A DNA stretch of 62,448 nt, filler included, from Platydemus manokwari (lineage: Eukaryota), in assembly GCA_037951405.1 (NCBI GenBank). It is 5 parts of 5 records of this genome, joined end to end, with 100 filler letters (N's around TTAATTAATTAA, not from the genome) between each part and the next. Parts side by side here need not be neighbours in the genome. Positions count along the whole stretch, not along the records: positions 27,011 to 37,927 come from JBBMOY011064410.1; positions 38,028 to 53,335 come from JBBMOY011305872.1; 3 more parts are not named here. One strand, given 5' to 3'. The position numbers and the translations under genes were made by a program. Below, one piece after another: positions 27,965-39,849 of this stretch (position 1 is the first letter of the stretch; every line of letters starts with the position of its first letter). The notes under the pieces are model-generated. The model had not been told where the DNA came from. It ran no database searches and saw only the letters and a program-made list of their open reading frames with translations.

Positions 27965-28200
27965 AAAAAAATATGTTGAAACTCTTGCTTTAACCTGTTG
28001 AGAAAATATAGACAGGCTGGTATTCTACTTAGATAGTGAAAATACCTATTACTGTTAGCTCATACGGTGCATGGAAAAGAAAAACGTCGAATAAAAATAG
28101 GCAAAATTTGGAATTACATCAAAGAAGTACGGTTTGATAAACAAAGAATTAAAAATCAAAATCAAGCCCATTATACTTGGTAGCAGTGGTCCTGTCTAAA
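27965..28200 (+). mobile_element. C-terminal restriction-like endonuclease region of an R2/NeSL-type non-LTR retrotransposon (decayed)
   Basis: Frameshifted segments KYVETL..., VKIPITVSSYGAW and GI...KEL...IILGSS resemble the RLE C-terminal pattern K..KY ... PIxVGSxGxW ... LGI ... GS. Confidence 0.45.
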
Positions 28201-28441
28201 ATATGGCTGGGGGAATAGTAGAAAAAGGCATGGGAAGAACTGGAGTATCCATTTGAATGCTTGAAGTCAGCAAATGGTATAGGATCACAATCTTCGAATT
28301 CTTTCGAATTATAATTGCAGTCCAATGAGGCCTCACCAAACATTTGATTAATCCAGACACTTGAGATTTGACTTTTATTATTAGAATATGGATGATTTTA
28401 TTATTTGAATTGTAAAAACAGGAGTAAATCTATGACCCGGT

Positions 28442-28771
28442 AAAAAAATTTCGTTTTTATCAGTAAGAAAATATCTGAAGATCAAAGTTAAAATTTTCTA
28501 GATAGTTCATTAACAAGACTGGAAAGTTCAAAATTAAAATTAAAATAAATCGACTAGAGTTGGTTAAATGATTTAGTCTAAAAGATTTAAATTTAAATAC
28601 ATCGATTAGAATTGGTTAAATGATTTAGCTTGACATATGAAGGCAAAGCAAGGTGACATAAATTTCTTCGTTGCAACTTTAACACGAAACAAATTTTCGA
28701 CTACCGAAATTAATCACTTTCTTGTCGAAAGTTGTTTCATGTTAAAGTTGCAAGGAAGAAATTTATGTCAC
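28442..28771 (+). mobile_element. Mariner family A 5' fragment with tandem duplication and fold-back inversion
   Basis: Matches the reverse complement of about 17790-18050 (CGTTTTTATCAGTAAGAAAATATCTGAAGATC; ATG 28637 MKAKQGDINFFVATLTRN). 28653-28701 is inverted at 28724-28771. Confidence 0.9.
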
Positions 28772-29926
28772 ATTTCTTTAAAAACATTGCTTTAAAACAT
28801 TAAATTTTATTGAGCGATAGTGGGTACAAAGTACCTAACTTTGACGACCATATAAGCCGACGTTAAAAACGATTATTCCGAAATCACAAAGTCTGACAAT
28901 ATCAAATCAGATTAAATTCAATAATCTTACCGACAAGTTAACCATATCGATTTGTTTAAAAATTGATTTAAAAAAATAATTGTTAACCGTGTTGTGACGA
29001 TTTGATAAATTTATATATAATCAATTTCTATAGATATATTGGAACTCACACTACATTTAACATTCACAACTCATCAAACCAATCACATGCCTACATCAAT
29101 TTTTAAGAATTTATGAATAATATGAATAATTATATAAATCAATATTTGAGACGAAACGAATTGCATCTATTGATTGTCAACCAATATTTATAATATCAAC
29201 ACAATATTGATAAATCTATTTTAAATGTATTATAAATATTGTATGACACAAGTTATGAAGGGTATATCTACCCACCTTCGGCTCAAATCAAAAGAAGATC
29301 TGGAGCTTAGAAGAGCTTAGAAATTGTAAATGTTCTGCAGAAAATGACACAATCTGATATTCAAATTCAGATTTTTATTACTAATGTTCTTATTAAGTTA
29401 CCTGAGATCTGGTTTGATTTTAACGGCATAAAATATTTGTCAGAGAAAAATTATATTTTTTTATTCAAATAAATTGTATGATTCCATAAAATATTAACCC
29501 GTCAAATATCAGATATTTAGATCTCAAATGAAACTAGCGGGAGATTATTTTCTAAATTTAAATGAACTTGAAGGCTTTTGTAGAAGACAAATAATCAAAA
29601 GCGGCTTACATTTTGAAAAACTTTAACAACAAATCATTAAACCAGATAATTCTCGTGTATAATGAAGAATTCGTTGTCTTTTAAGATCATAGCTGAAGTA
29701 AACAGTTTTTGAATATTTTTATGCTACTGTTTTACAAACAAAGCGAGGCTCACACCTCATTGCTATTCAATACGAGCAAATGCCATTAAAAAATTTTAAT
29801 TACAATTTTGAAAATGATCAGATATAATAAAACAATAGTTTTTTATACACACATCAGGTCTGGATGTTTTTTTCTTATTAAGCAGCAAAAATATTTCAAA
29901 TTTCATTCTTCGAATTCTTGTTACGA

Positions 29927-30850
29927 ATGAAGATCTCAAATGCTATTTTAAAAATACTTTTCCCCTTAATATTGTTGATCAGAAATTGTGATTTGTTGGA
30001 ATGTTCTGACAGATACTGTTCAATCACAACAGACTTTAAAGGACAAACCATTTTTGACTGTCATTTCGGACAAATCAACAATAATACAGTTCGATGTTTG
30101 TACGACAAATCAAATCATCATTTGATTATCAGCACTCAATCAAATTCATTAGTAAGTATTGATAGAATTGTTCCAGGTGCTTTAAAGAAGCTTATAAGAG
30201 GAATCCGAGTAGAAAAGATTTTTCTCAACAAATTACAATTTCACTCATTGGACAAGAACGACTTTGATGGTCTGTCAGATATTTCGGAAATGAGGATAGA
30301 AAATCCGAAGTTTATCAGTGCTGATGCTTTCAATGATATCACCTCATGGAGGCAGTTTTTTATTCTGATAATCTCGTGTATTGAAGGCAATAAGAAATTG
30401 GCATTCTGTGAGTTGAATTTACAGACAAGATTATGGCGAATTGTGACAGAGAATTGCTACGAAACGTTATCATGTCGATATTCGTCATGTAATATCATGA
30501 GCGATAACACGTTCACAAGAATCATAACTGGCAATCCCCTGACAACATTTAATTTTCAATTGAGTTCAAGATCGTGCAAGGTTGACTCATCATGTCATTA
30601 CGATGAAGAATATTTCAAGTTCAGAGCTAAAATAAAAGGAAAACATTCCTCGAAAGTTATCTCAGTCAACAACAAAAAACGCAACAGCCTCGAAATATCA
30701 AAATATTATGATATCATTATGAATTCATTAGTGATAATTATCGGCATCAATTCTCTTTTTATTGCTCTCATTCTTATATTTGTTTGTGTATGGCTTCGGT
30801 TATTATGTCGGTCAAATAAGAAGAGAAAAGTAGAAGCTAGCCAGCAATAA
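29927..30850 (+). CDS. Type I membrane protein with Cys-rich, degenerate LRR-like ectodomain, 307 aa
   Basis: ATG 29927. Signal peptide MKISNAILKILFPLILLIRNCDL; LRRNT-like C...C...C cap; LRR-like VEKIFLNKLQFHSLDKNDFDGL and FISADAFNDI; TM helix LVIIIGINSLFIALILIFVCVWL; short basic tail. Intronless and convergent with RPL27A. Confidence 0.85.
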   Translation: MKISNAILKILFPLILLIRNCDLLECSDRYCSITTDFKGQTIFDCHFGQINNNTVRCLYDKSNHHLIISTQSNSLVSIDRIVPGALKKLIRGIRVEKIFLNKLQFHSLDKNDFDGLSDISEMRIENPKFISADAFNDITSWRQFFILIISCIEGNKKLAFCELNLQTRLWRIVTENCYETLSCRYSSCNIMSDNTFTRIITGNPLTTFNFQLSSRSCKVDSSCHYDEEYFKFRAKIKGKHSSKVISVNNKKRNSLEISKYYDIIMNSLVIIIGINSLFIALILIFVCVWLRLLCRSNKKRKVEASQQ

Positions 30851-31154
30851 TAATTATTGAAATTTATTTCACCTATTTTTATCGAAATCTTAAAAAAGAA
30901 ATATTTTTTTGTTGCTTTGATTATATTATAATTATCAATAATAATTTATCTGAGTTATTTTTAAATTGCTTAGCAGCAAGTAACAAAATTTATTTAGAAT
31001 TTGAAAATATTTTCGAATAATTTTAAGTATAAATAAAATGGTTACCAAATATAGTTCATACGAAAACAACTTATCGTTTAACTTATAACATCAAACATAT
31101 GTAAATTGAAATATCAAGCAAAATCTTTTTAAAAATCCAAAAAAATATTTTTAT

Positions 31155-31721
31155 TTAAGCTACTAAAACACAAGCTCCACCAACTGCTTTAATTTTTTCT
31201 TCAGCTTGTCGAGAGAAGAACTTAGCTTTCACAATGACTGGGACTTTTGGAAGAACTCCTTTTCCGAGAACTTTAAAATAACCCTAAATGAAATTAAATA
31301 TTGCCAAAAAATAAAATTAACGAACAGCTTTCAAGCAATCAATAACTGGCGCTTTTCCTTCAGCATTGTTTTTATAAGTTTCATAAGTTTTATCAGTAAC
31401 CAAACTCCAAATTTTATCAATATTAACCGAAGGACAGTATGTTCTGTTTTTTCTCAAGTGATAATGTCTCATACCAACTTTTCCAAAATAACCAGGGTGG
31501 AATTTGTCAAAATGAATTCTATGATGATGTTGACCACCAGCATTACCACGACCACCAGGATGTTTCCTGTGCTTGCCTACTCTACCGTGACCGTGACTTA
31601 CATGCCCTCTTAACTTACGGGTCTTCTTAACTTTAATTTTGGACTAAATAATTGAATTAAAATACATTTTTTGAAAAAAGAGTCAAATGAAGCAATTAAA
31701 ATTTTAAACAAAAATTACCAT
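31155..31721 (-). CDS. RPL27A: 60S ribosomal protein L27a (uL15), 149 aa, 3 coding exons
   Basis: join(31719-31721, 31326-31643, 31155-31283) gives [63 protein letters not shown]...[43 protein letters not shown] introns of 75 and 42 nt; first coding exon is the ATG only. Confidence 0.98.
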
Positions 31722-34659
31722 ATTAAGTCAGGTTAAATTTTAATAAATCTTTTTAAAACAAATTTTTGTAAATATGAAATTTTTATAATATATTATGTTA
31801 AAAGTAATATTAACAGTTCTACGATGATAATTTTGTAATCTAAACTATAAGTTTTGTAAAAGTAAAAAAATAAAGGACAATATAAGCTCGAGCAATGTCA
31901 CTGCCATATAGAGTATATATATAATTTAAGTTTTATTTCTTACACAGAATTAGTAACGTCAATGTAAAAATTTCGGTGCTCTCACATAGTTACAATTTAA
32001 TGATGTTCTATTTTTATTCATTTTATTAATAAGAATAGTTAAAAATCAAATAGTTTGATTCTCTTTATTTAGGATTTTATTTTAACTGAAAACTAATATC
32101 AAAAATTAAATTTATTGAAATATATGCATACATATTTATGTTTATATATCTATATGTCATGGAGATTGATGCCAATCTATAATTGCAACTGCTACGTGTA
32201 GCCTCAAAGATTCTGATACCAATGATCTTTAAGTGTCCATTATTGATAACAAACTCTACCTTTGATCCATAGAGATGAGGAGAATAAATTCAATTGATTT
32301 ATAACGTCTTACACCCTAATAAATATAGGCGATCTCACTCGATTAATATAACAATTCCTAACATAATCATATATCGGTGATAAATATTTTCGACGAATAA
32401 TTGACTCTCTTTTGTTTATGTGATTGATAAATCTAAACGAATATTTACCATTTTCAGAATTGAATTGATTAAACCGATTATTTTCTGACATTAATTACTG
32501 GGAGAATTTTGCATTATTTGTTGAGGTAGATATCAACGAATAAAAAACCCAAATAAAATAGTTAAGAATTATTAAAATTTCAAATTATGAATTAATATAT
32601 TGATCCAAGTGATTGAAATAACATCAGAACTGTAGAGTATTTTAAAGATTTATCCAGTTTCTGTTCATTGTCAAAGTTTACATCAAAGTTAATAGAGATA
32701 ACCTTGGATTTCCAAAAGATTTGATTCATTTTTCAAAGGTTTGGATTTTAGATTAATATGCCAATTATAAGATTGAAAAAATTGCAAATCACACGACCAT
32801 TTCATAGATAGATTAAACATAAATCTTAGATTATTATTTTCCGATAATCATTAGAATTTCAAAATAATCTATGGCTGTAAAATAAATCATTTACTTACAA
32901 TATGAAATATGATATACATAATGTGTACAGCACGACAATAATTCATTGCGATTAAAAATAGCCAAAGAACAAACTAAAAGGACACGATTCAGTATAAATA
33001 CGGTTAGAAGTTACAATAGTAAGTACAAAAGTTGTCATAAGAAGCTACAAGAAGACAAATAAGAGGTTATAATTGCTAAAATCAACGATCATGTGGATAA
33101 CTTTATTATATAACAAACTACATGCACGTTTGTTGAGTCTTGTGACACCAAGTCAATCACTACATTTTTTATGGATAAGATTTACTTCAATTAGTCTCGA
33201 TGTATCAGTTTTACTCGAAACTCTTTAGGACAGAACTACCGCGATTCACGCAGTTTATTTTTTACATTTTACCAATTACTTGCAATATTATTAACAATAA
33301 AGGTTAACAATAAAGTGCATCATGCTTTACTTCAGAGATTCTATATATCAAATATGAAAGTAGGGGACGTGGTTAAAAATCGAGACTAATAGAATCTGAA
33401 ATAAAGCATAATACTATATCATATTGTTTATTTTTAATTGCAGTATCAAATTTGCTTCAAATAATTATGTGCAAATAATATAGTCATATTTAACTGGTTA
33501 ATCGTGAAAATATTCATTCTTATTTTTATCCATTTTATTGTTTCTATTTTTTATACTAATATCAATTACTATTTTTGACTCTGTTTTTTCAGGTAATAAA
33601 TCAATATAATTTTGTTTCCTTTGATCTTCCGAGTTATTATGGCTCGTTTATTGCAAGGTTTTATTTTCTAATTTTTGAACAATTTGTCTTGTGTTGTTAT
33701 TATGTTTTATTTTCTTATTTATCAGAATCCTTGCATAACTAAAATCGGCCAAATCCTAGACAATTAAATAATCAAGTTGCTTATTTTCTGCAGTAAATTG
33801 TGGAACACTCCTCATTATTTTACATGAATCTCGTTTCTCATTTGTTATGGATAATTTTCAATTTGTTCTGAAAATAATTTAATCTGATTGGGTTATATTT
33901 GGTTCGCTAACATCGAGTTCAAAGAGAAATTATCAATAATTTTGATCTATGACTCTTTTCGAGTATTATTGGGTGATGATGCTAACAGTCAATATTCGGG
34001 TGATAATCCCCAACAAATATCTAACAGTTATGTGATTGCTTATTTTAATATTCAGTTATTTGATAATGTTTTTAAAAATGTACACTTATGTTAACACTTA
34101 CTCTGACTGTTACTGGCACAAAATATTACTTGAGTTTCTGCTTAAGAAGGCACAAAGCAACCTGAACTTTTATATTCTAAAATGTGACGACCAAGACTTA
34201 AATGAAGATTCTTGTTGGATTTAGAATACAAAAGACTGATTATCGGCAAATGGAAGAATTTCAAGAATGAAGCAAAAGAAGAAGAAGCAATAAAAGAGTC
34301 AATTACAGTCTTAGTAATTAAATCAGCAAGTGTTCAACAAAATCATAATGAACGATTTGTTCCTTTCAAGATTCACAAACGATTGTTAAAAATATTGTTG
34401 ATGCGATAAGGCGAAATAGAAGTCCCAAGTAAGCCAGAAATTGAAATGTCCAAAATTCAGTCCATTTTTGTTAATATAAATATGATAGAGAGACCAACTT
34501 ATTCTGAAGTTACATGAGATAATTTTGCTCACAAGACTTTTGAAAGAGCAAGAGTTTTACAGCATATAGAACATTCGAAAGGAAACAGTGGGAAAATCCC
34601 GAATATAGCGCAAGAGTCTCGAAAAAAACCCAAAAAATAGTAAAAGAGAAACAGAAAAA

Positions 34660-34860
34660 AGAACAAGAACAACTTTTACGATCAATGAAGCAGAAATTTT
34701 ACAATGATAGATACTACATGCCGGAATCCGTTTCTGCTGTGACGAAGAGAGTCAATTTAATGATCAATACCAATTAAGAAACAAGTGCTTAATATGAAGG
34801 CACAGGTGTCAGATTTGCCGTGATTGTCGGCTCTAATTAAAGCACACAAAAGCGAATTTT
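34660..34860 (+). mobile_element. Penelope-like reverse transcriptase N-terminal fragment (decayed)
   Basis: Segments MKQKFYNDRYY and MKAQVSDLP*LSALIKAHK resemble the PLE RT pattern KM...L.D..Y ... P.LY.LPK.HK. Confidence 0.4.
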
Positions 34861-37848
34861 ATGTATTCATTACGAAATTAGGGGCCAATACGATGATAAC
34901 AATGAACACAAAATACACGAGATCAGGACCTCCTCGTTACTTACATTTCGTCAGCAAGATTGGTTATTTTAAAAATTGCACTTCTCTCAGTAACATGGTG
35001 CAACGAAATCTCTTGGAAAATATCTAAGTTTGGTTACATAAATTCGTACTTAAATGAATATTTTTTATTCGTAGCTATTATACTCGATTTATATATCGAT
35101 TCAGGAGTTTTAAACGACTCGTTATTTTGTTTTAAATTATTAATTATTTATATTGACTTTGTGCCTTTCTATTTAAACAAAACGAACTGAATTTGGTGTA
35201 GAAAATAATAACACTAGATCTGAATTGCCAATGTTTTCAGACGTGTAAATATCTGAAATTAAAGTCCTAAGAGACGGCAACTTTTTGAATCTCCTAATGA
35301 ATTTCAAAGTTTTTCAATCTTACTGCAATGAATTAAGTTTCTTTAAAATTTTAATGAAATAAATGAAAGTCATTTGATGTTATCTTTCAAATCAATACAA
35401 AGAAATCTTGATCAATAAACGTACAAAACAATTACTGAAATATTGCGCAATCACCAACATCATCATAACTGCAATCAAAATAAAAACTAAAAGATTAAAA
35501 CAGGAGATTCTTGCTGCGTTGGTCCAAATGACAAAAACCAAATCAAGTTGTAGTACATCATTACACACTGAGAGATACACACAGATCGCGAGTATAAAAA
35601 GCAATGTAACGATGGACAACTGCCAGTTGGAAGCCAGATTTCGGTGAAATCATTGTACTTGTATTTGATTATTGAGGTTTCACGTCAGTTTTTATAGTTG
35701 TATATTGACTAACATACATTATTTGGGAGTCAGGAGTTTGTTATTCATTTACACCTAACAATATCAAAACAACAACTTCAACTTTCTCCAGATCTTCTGA
35801 TAACATCTTTTGATGATTTTGATCATCCTCATGATTTTCTTGTCACTTTGTTTTTAAAATAAATTTATCATGTTTTGGCATGGAGTTATGAAAGTTATTT
35901 ATTGATTTGACGCTGTAATAAGATGATGCTCGAGTAACAATATTGGCACATAATAAATGGTATGGTCAAGCATTGGAATATAAATATTAAATAAACAACT
36001 AATAGTAGATTTATTTAAAATTTGCCAGGTAGTCGAGAACATTAGTGACAAAAAGTTAATCAATATTATAAAATTATTTACAACGCTCAGTTAGATCCAA
36101 TGATTTTACAACATTTAAGAACAATTGTTTTGAATTCATATATTAATAGCAGTGATTAACTGGTAGAAATTGACCACCATAAGTGTCTATTATCGTTCTA
36201 ACTTCCATCCATGTAAATAGATAAGCAACGTGGAAGAAATCCGATCAGTAATTACGATTTATTGATTCTGAAACAAGAAAATGTTAATTTTTACTGATAA
36301 CCTTAACGATTGTGAACCATCATTGATATAATGTTGATAAGATATCAACTTATATGTTGGGTTTATCGAAGATGATATGGGGCCATAAAGATGTAGGAGT
36401 AACCTCATTGATTTGAAGAAAACAATAAATTATTAAAATAAAATTAAGGCTGTTGTTTGTCTGTGAAGCAGGAATAAAATTTACTCATTTCGGATTTGTG
36501 CGAATAAATTCAATAATAATGAGGAAGATATCGATTTCAAAGCTCTAATTCGAGTCTAAAACAACTGGGAACATTAAATAAGAGTTGCTGTGATGTTGTT
36601 AAGCAGTACTCATCAACATTTCATAAAATTAGTATCAGTAGCACCCAATCAATAAGTCATAAACCTCAAATTATTGATCCACTCATTCATATAAAGCCAC
36701 AACTTGTAAATTCGTTAATTACCAATCAATAATTCATACCAACAATTAGGGTTGAGATACGGATGTACAATTAGAATATTATTCATCTATAAGCAGTTCC
36801 GAATTGTATGTTGCGCGTATTAGTTAAACCCGATGTATAACAATAACTGAGAATCAATAAAATTTATTCGTAAATCGATAATACAATCAAATTAGTACAA
36901 TCTTTGATAAATTTTTTATGTAACACTTTGTTGTCCTGAAGATATCAAGTAACGGGTATTGGGAACTCTTGCAATCCGACTTTGGAGGAAAAATAGGTCA
37001 GTAGAGGAGTGGTTTAAAAAGAAGCCAAACGTTCTTTGAGAACTTTGACAAGGCTAATCAATTAATATTTCCATTCCTCTGAATATTATTGCATAAATTA
37101 TCATATAAAAATTACCCATGAGTTTTGTCCCGAAATATGTAAAATTTTCGCTGTAATTTTTTGCACGCTTTCTCATGGTTTAGTGGTCCTTTTCACGTTA
37201 TTTCGTTTTCCGTGTCCTTATCTGCCTTTTCTGGTTTGTTGTTGTTTTCTCTTCACTCACTTTCTTTTCCATACTTTGAAATAATAACCCCTTGAGTTGC
37301 TATGGAAACTTGTGGCTTATCATGTATTTTTTACCTTTTAATTGTTTATTATTTATTTATATTGTCATATCTATCAGACATTAATTTGAATAATGAATTT
37401 AACATTTAATAAAATTATTTTCGCAATAAGCAATAATGGTATAATTACTAATTTTGCCGCTTTATTGATCACAATTACTTGTATGAAAACTACTGAAAAT
37501 TTGAAGCAATTTTTGGGTCCATTGGAATCGCAACTTGATTAAGTAACAACCTTGATCTTTATTTTGATCATAGGTTAAAGTGATTATGATCCTTTAATAA
37601 TTGATTACGAAGCTGACTCTGATCATCATTAGTGATTCTAATTCTGATTATAATTATTTATATAATATAACATGTTGAACTGGAAGGTAATTCAAATGAA
37701 CAGTGGCGATAGAAACCAACCGAATTAACAATATTATTACACATTATACTTATATCGTAATTAAAAGAATAAATAGATGTCAAGAAAAAGAAAAATCAAA
37801 TAGATAGGTGTTAAAATCAACAAAGCATTGAGTGAGGATAATCAATAA

Positions 37849-37927
37849 TCTCTCTCTCTGTACCCGTCAGTGCCCAGGACACATGGGGCTGCTTGTATCA
37901 AGAGATTTCCACATTTGTCGGTCTTTA
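37849..37927 (-). mobile_element. 3' end of RTE-clade LINE with (GA)n tail
   Basis: Minus strand reads KDRQMWKS(fs)LIQAAPCVLGTDG followed by AGAGAGAGAGA. This fits the RTE ORF end (DRxxWRxLxxAxC) plus a microsatellite tail; truncated by the gap. Confidence 0.6.
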
Positions 37928-38027
37928 NNNNNNNNNNNNNNNNNNNNNNNNNNNNNNNNNNNNNNNNNNNNTTAATTAATTAANNNNNNNNNNNNNNNNN
38001 NNNNNNNNNNNNNNNNNNNNNNNNNNN
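37928..38027. other. Assembly gap linker
   Basis: N44-TTAATTAATTAA-N44. Confidence 0.97.
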
Positions 38028-38589
38028 TATTTGTACATGGTAAGTTTCTTTTAAATAAAGACAAGATGGTTTAAAATATTTATTTAGGTATCAAAAAATG
38101 CGATATCATTGTTGGGAAGAAATCCAACGAAACCGACAAGCCATAGGTGGACCGGGAATAGTGGTGGAAATAGATGAGGCGTATTTTGGAGGCTCAAAAT
38201 ACAACCGAGGCCGCAAAAAACCTGGTTTCTGGGTTGTTGGCGGTATAGAAAGGCATAATAAAAAGAAATGTTTCTTCTTTGCCGTCCTAAAAAGAGATGC
38301 TCCAACCTTAGAATCAATTATTAAAGGGTAAATTAATTAATTAAATATATTTTAACTTACTTGACATTCATGTAGAAATGTCCGAGAAGGCTCCATTATT
38401 TACACAGATTGCTGGAAAGCTTACGGCAATCTGTCAAATCTTGGTTACATTCATGGAACAGTCAATTATTCGCATTCATTTGTAAATCCAGCAAATCCGC
38501 TGATTTACACTCAAAACATTGAAGCGGAGTTGAAAGTACTCAAGAGCGGCCTTCCACGATATGGATCTGATATGTGTATGATGAATTAA
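38028..38589 (+). mobile_element. Merlin / ISXO2 (IS1595-family) DDE transposase, spliced, 5'-partial
   Basis: join(38029-38039, 38088-38327, 38376-38589) gives ICTWYQKMR...IGGPGIVVEIDEAYFGGSKYNRGR...WVVGGIER...RDAPTLESII...IYTDCWKAY...GYIH.TVNYS..FVNP...TQNIE... Both introns are 48-nt, phase-2 GT-AG. Confidence 0.92.
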
Positions 38590-39278
38590 GTGATTTGAAA
38601 TTAAATTGTAATTACAACAAATACTCGTTAGTTATTAGTGAGGCTCATTAAGTTGGCGTGGGTTCACAGTATAGATTGGTCGGATTGAAATCTTATCCCT
38701 TACCGATGAGCTAAAAAGAATAAGAAATTATTATATCGATAACCTACCGGTGAGTTTTGCCTATCAGTAAATTTTTTATGGTCATTGTGAGGAAAGCTGG
38801 GAATTTGATACTAAAAATTAATTATAACAACATATAACAGTCAAGTGGCTTGTGGTAATAAATGTGAGTGAAATGCACGTGTATTCGAATCAGCTAAATT
38901 CGGACAAATCAGATTGTTAGATTTGAGGTCTTATCCGATACTGATATAAATTCATCAATACCCGTAGGTCACATAAAGGGATTTTCAATTAATCAATAAC
39001 CAAGCCCGTATTGTATATGTGGCTGATAAGGATTATTTTAGTTAATTATATATTTAATAATAAAATTCAAATAATTTTTTTGAAAACTATTAATAAATAA
39101 ATTATTTTTTATTTCTATTTAAGCTTATAAGCATTTTAATTTTGTCTAAACTTTGAAATTAAAAAAAATATTGTCATTGTGGAAATATATCAGATTTTAA
39201 GTTTTAATTTTTCTAATACGTGTCAAAAATGTAATTTATTTTATAAATGGTTTCAGCAAATTAGAATTTTTAATCTAG

Positions 39279-39849
39279 GAAGCAGCTGCTCGATGTTTGG
39301 AAACTGAATATGATTTATTAGGAACACCGAATTCTTATTTTTCTAATATATGCATAGAATTACTTGCGAAACGAGATCGAATGGTAAAGGAGTTGATTGC
39401 ACTCGGGATGAAACCGATTGTTCCCGATGGTGGCTATTTTATTTTGGCTGATTTTTCCAATATTGGTTAATTTCATTCTGTTACGGGGAGATTTTATTTT
39501 TCTTCGTAGTTTCTGACGCGTTTAGAGCTGAAGCTAAATCAAATGGTGTTACATTGGATGTATATTTCAATGATTGGATGATCAAGAATATGGTTAGACT
39601 TTTCTTTCATTTTACTGACTACCATCTTTTCTTATTTTAGAAGGTTTCTGCTATCCCTAATAGTTGCTTTTATTCAAAGGAACATAAAGACATCGCAGAG
39701 AATTATATTCGGTTCTGTTTTTTCAAAGTACGAATTGTTTTGGGATGTTACTTTGTTTTTATTTTATTTTCCAGACGGACGAACTGCTTGAGAAAGCTTA
39801 TGATGCTTTCAAAATATGGAAATCACAAAACGGACTTAATAAAATTTGA
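39279..39849 (+). CDS. KYAT3: Kynurenine--oxoglutarate aminotransferase (KYAT1/3-like), last four exons, 143 aa; 5' part missing
   Basis: join(39279-39465, 39510-39592, 39641-39727, 39775-39849) gives EAAARCLETE...SYF...ELLAKRDRM...GMKPIVPDGGYFILADFS...WMIKNMKVSAIPNSCFYS...YIRFCFFKTDELLEKAY...*. Introns 44, 48 (TACTGAC branch-like) and 47 nt. KYAT1 versus KYAT3 orthology is not resolvable. Confidence 0.93.

Noticed and set aside
31206-31630. Plus-strand ORFs of 135 and 63 aa
   Set aside because: Antisense shadows of RPL27A.
31644-31718. Possible intronic snoRNA in RPL27A intron 1
   Set aside because: Only 75 nt; no C/D boxes and too short for an H/ACA RNA.
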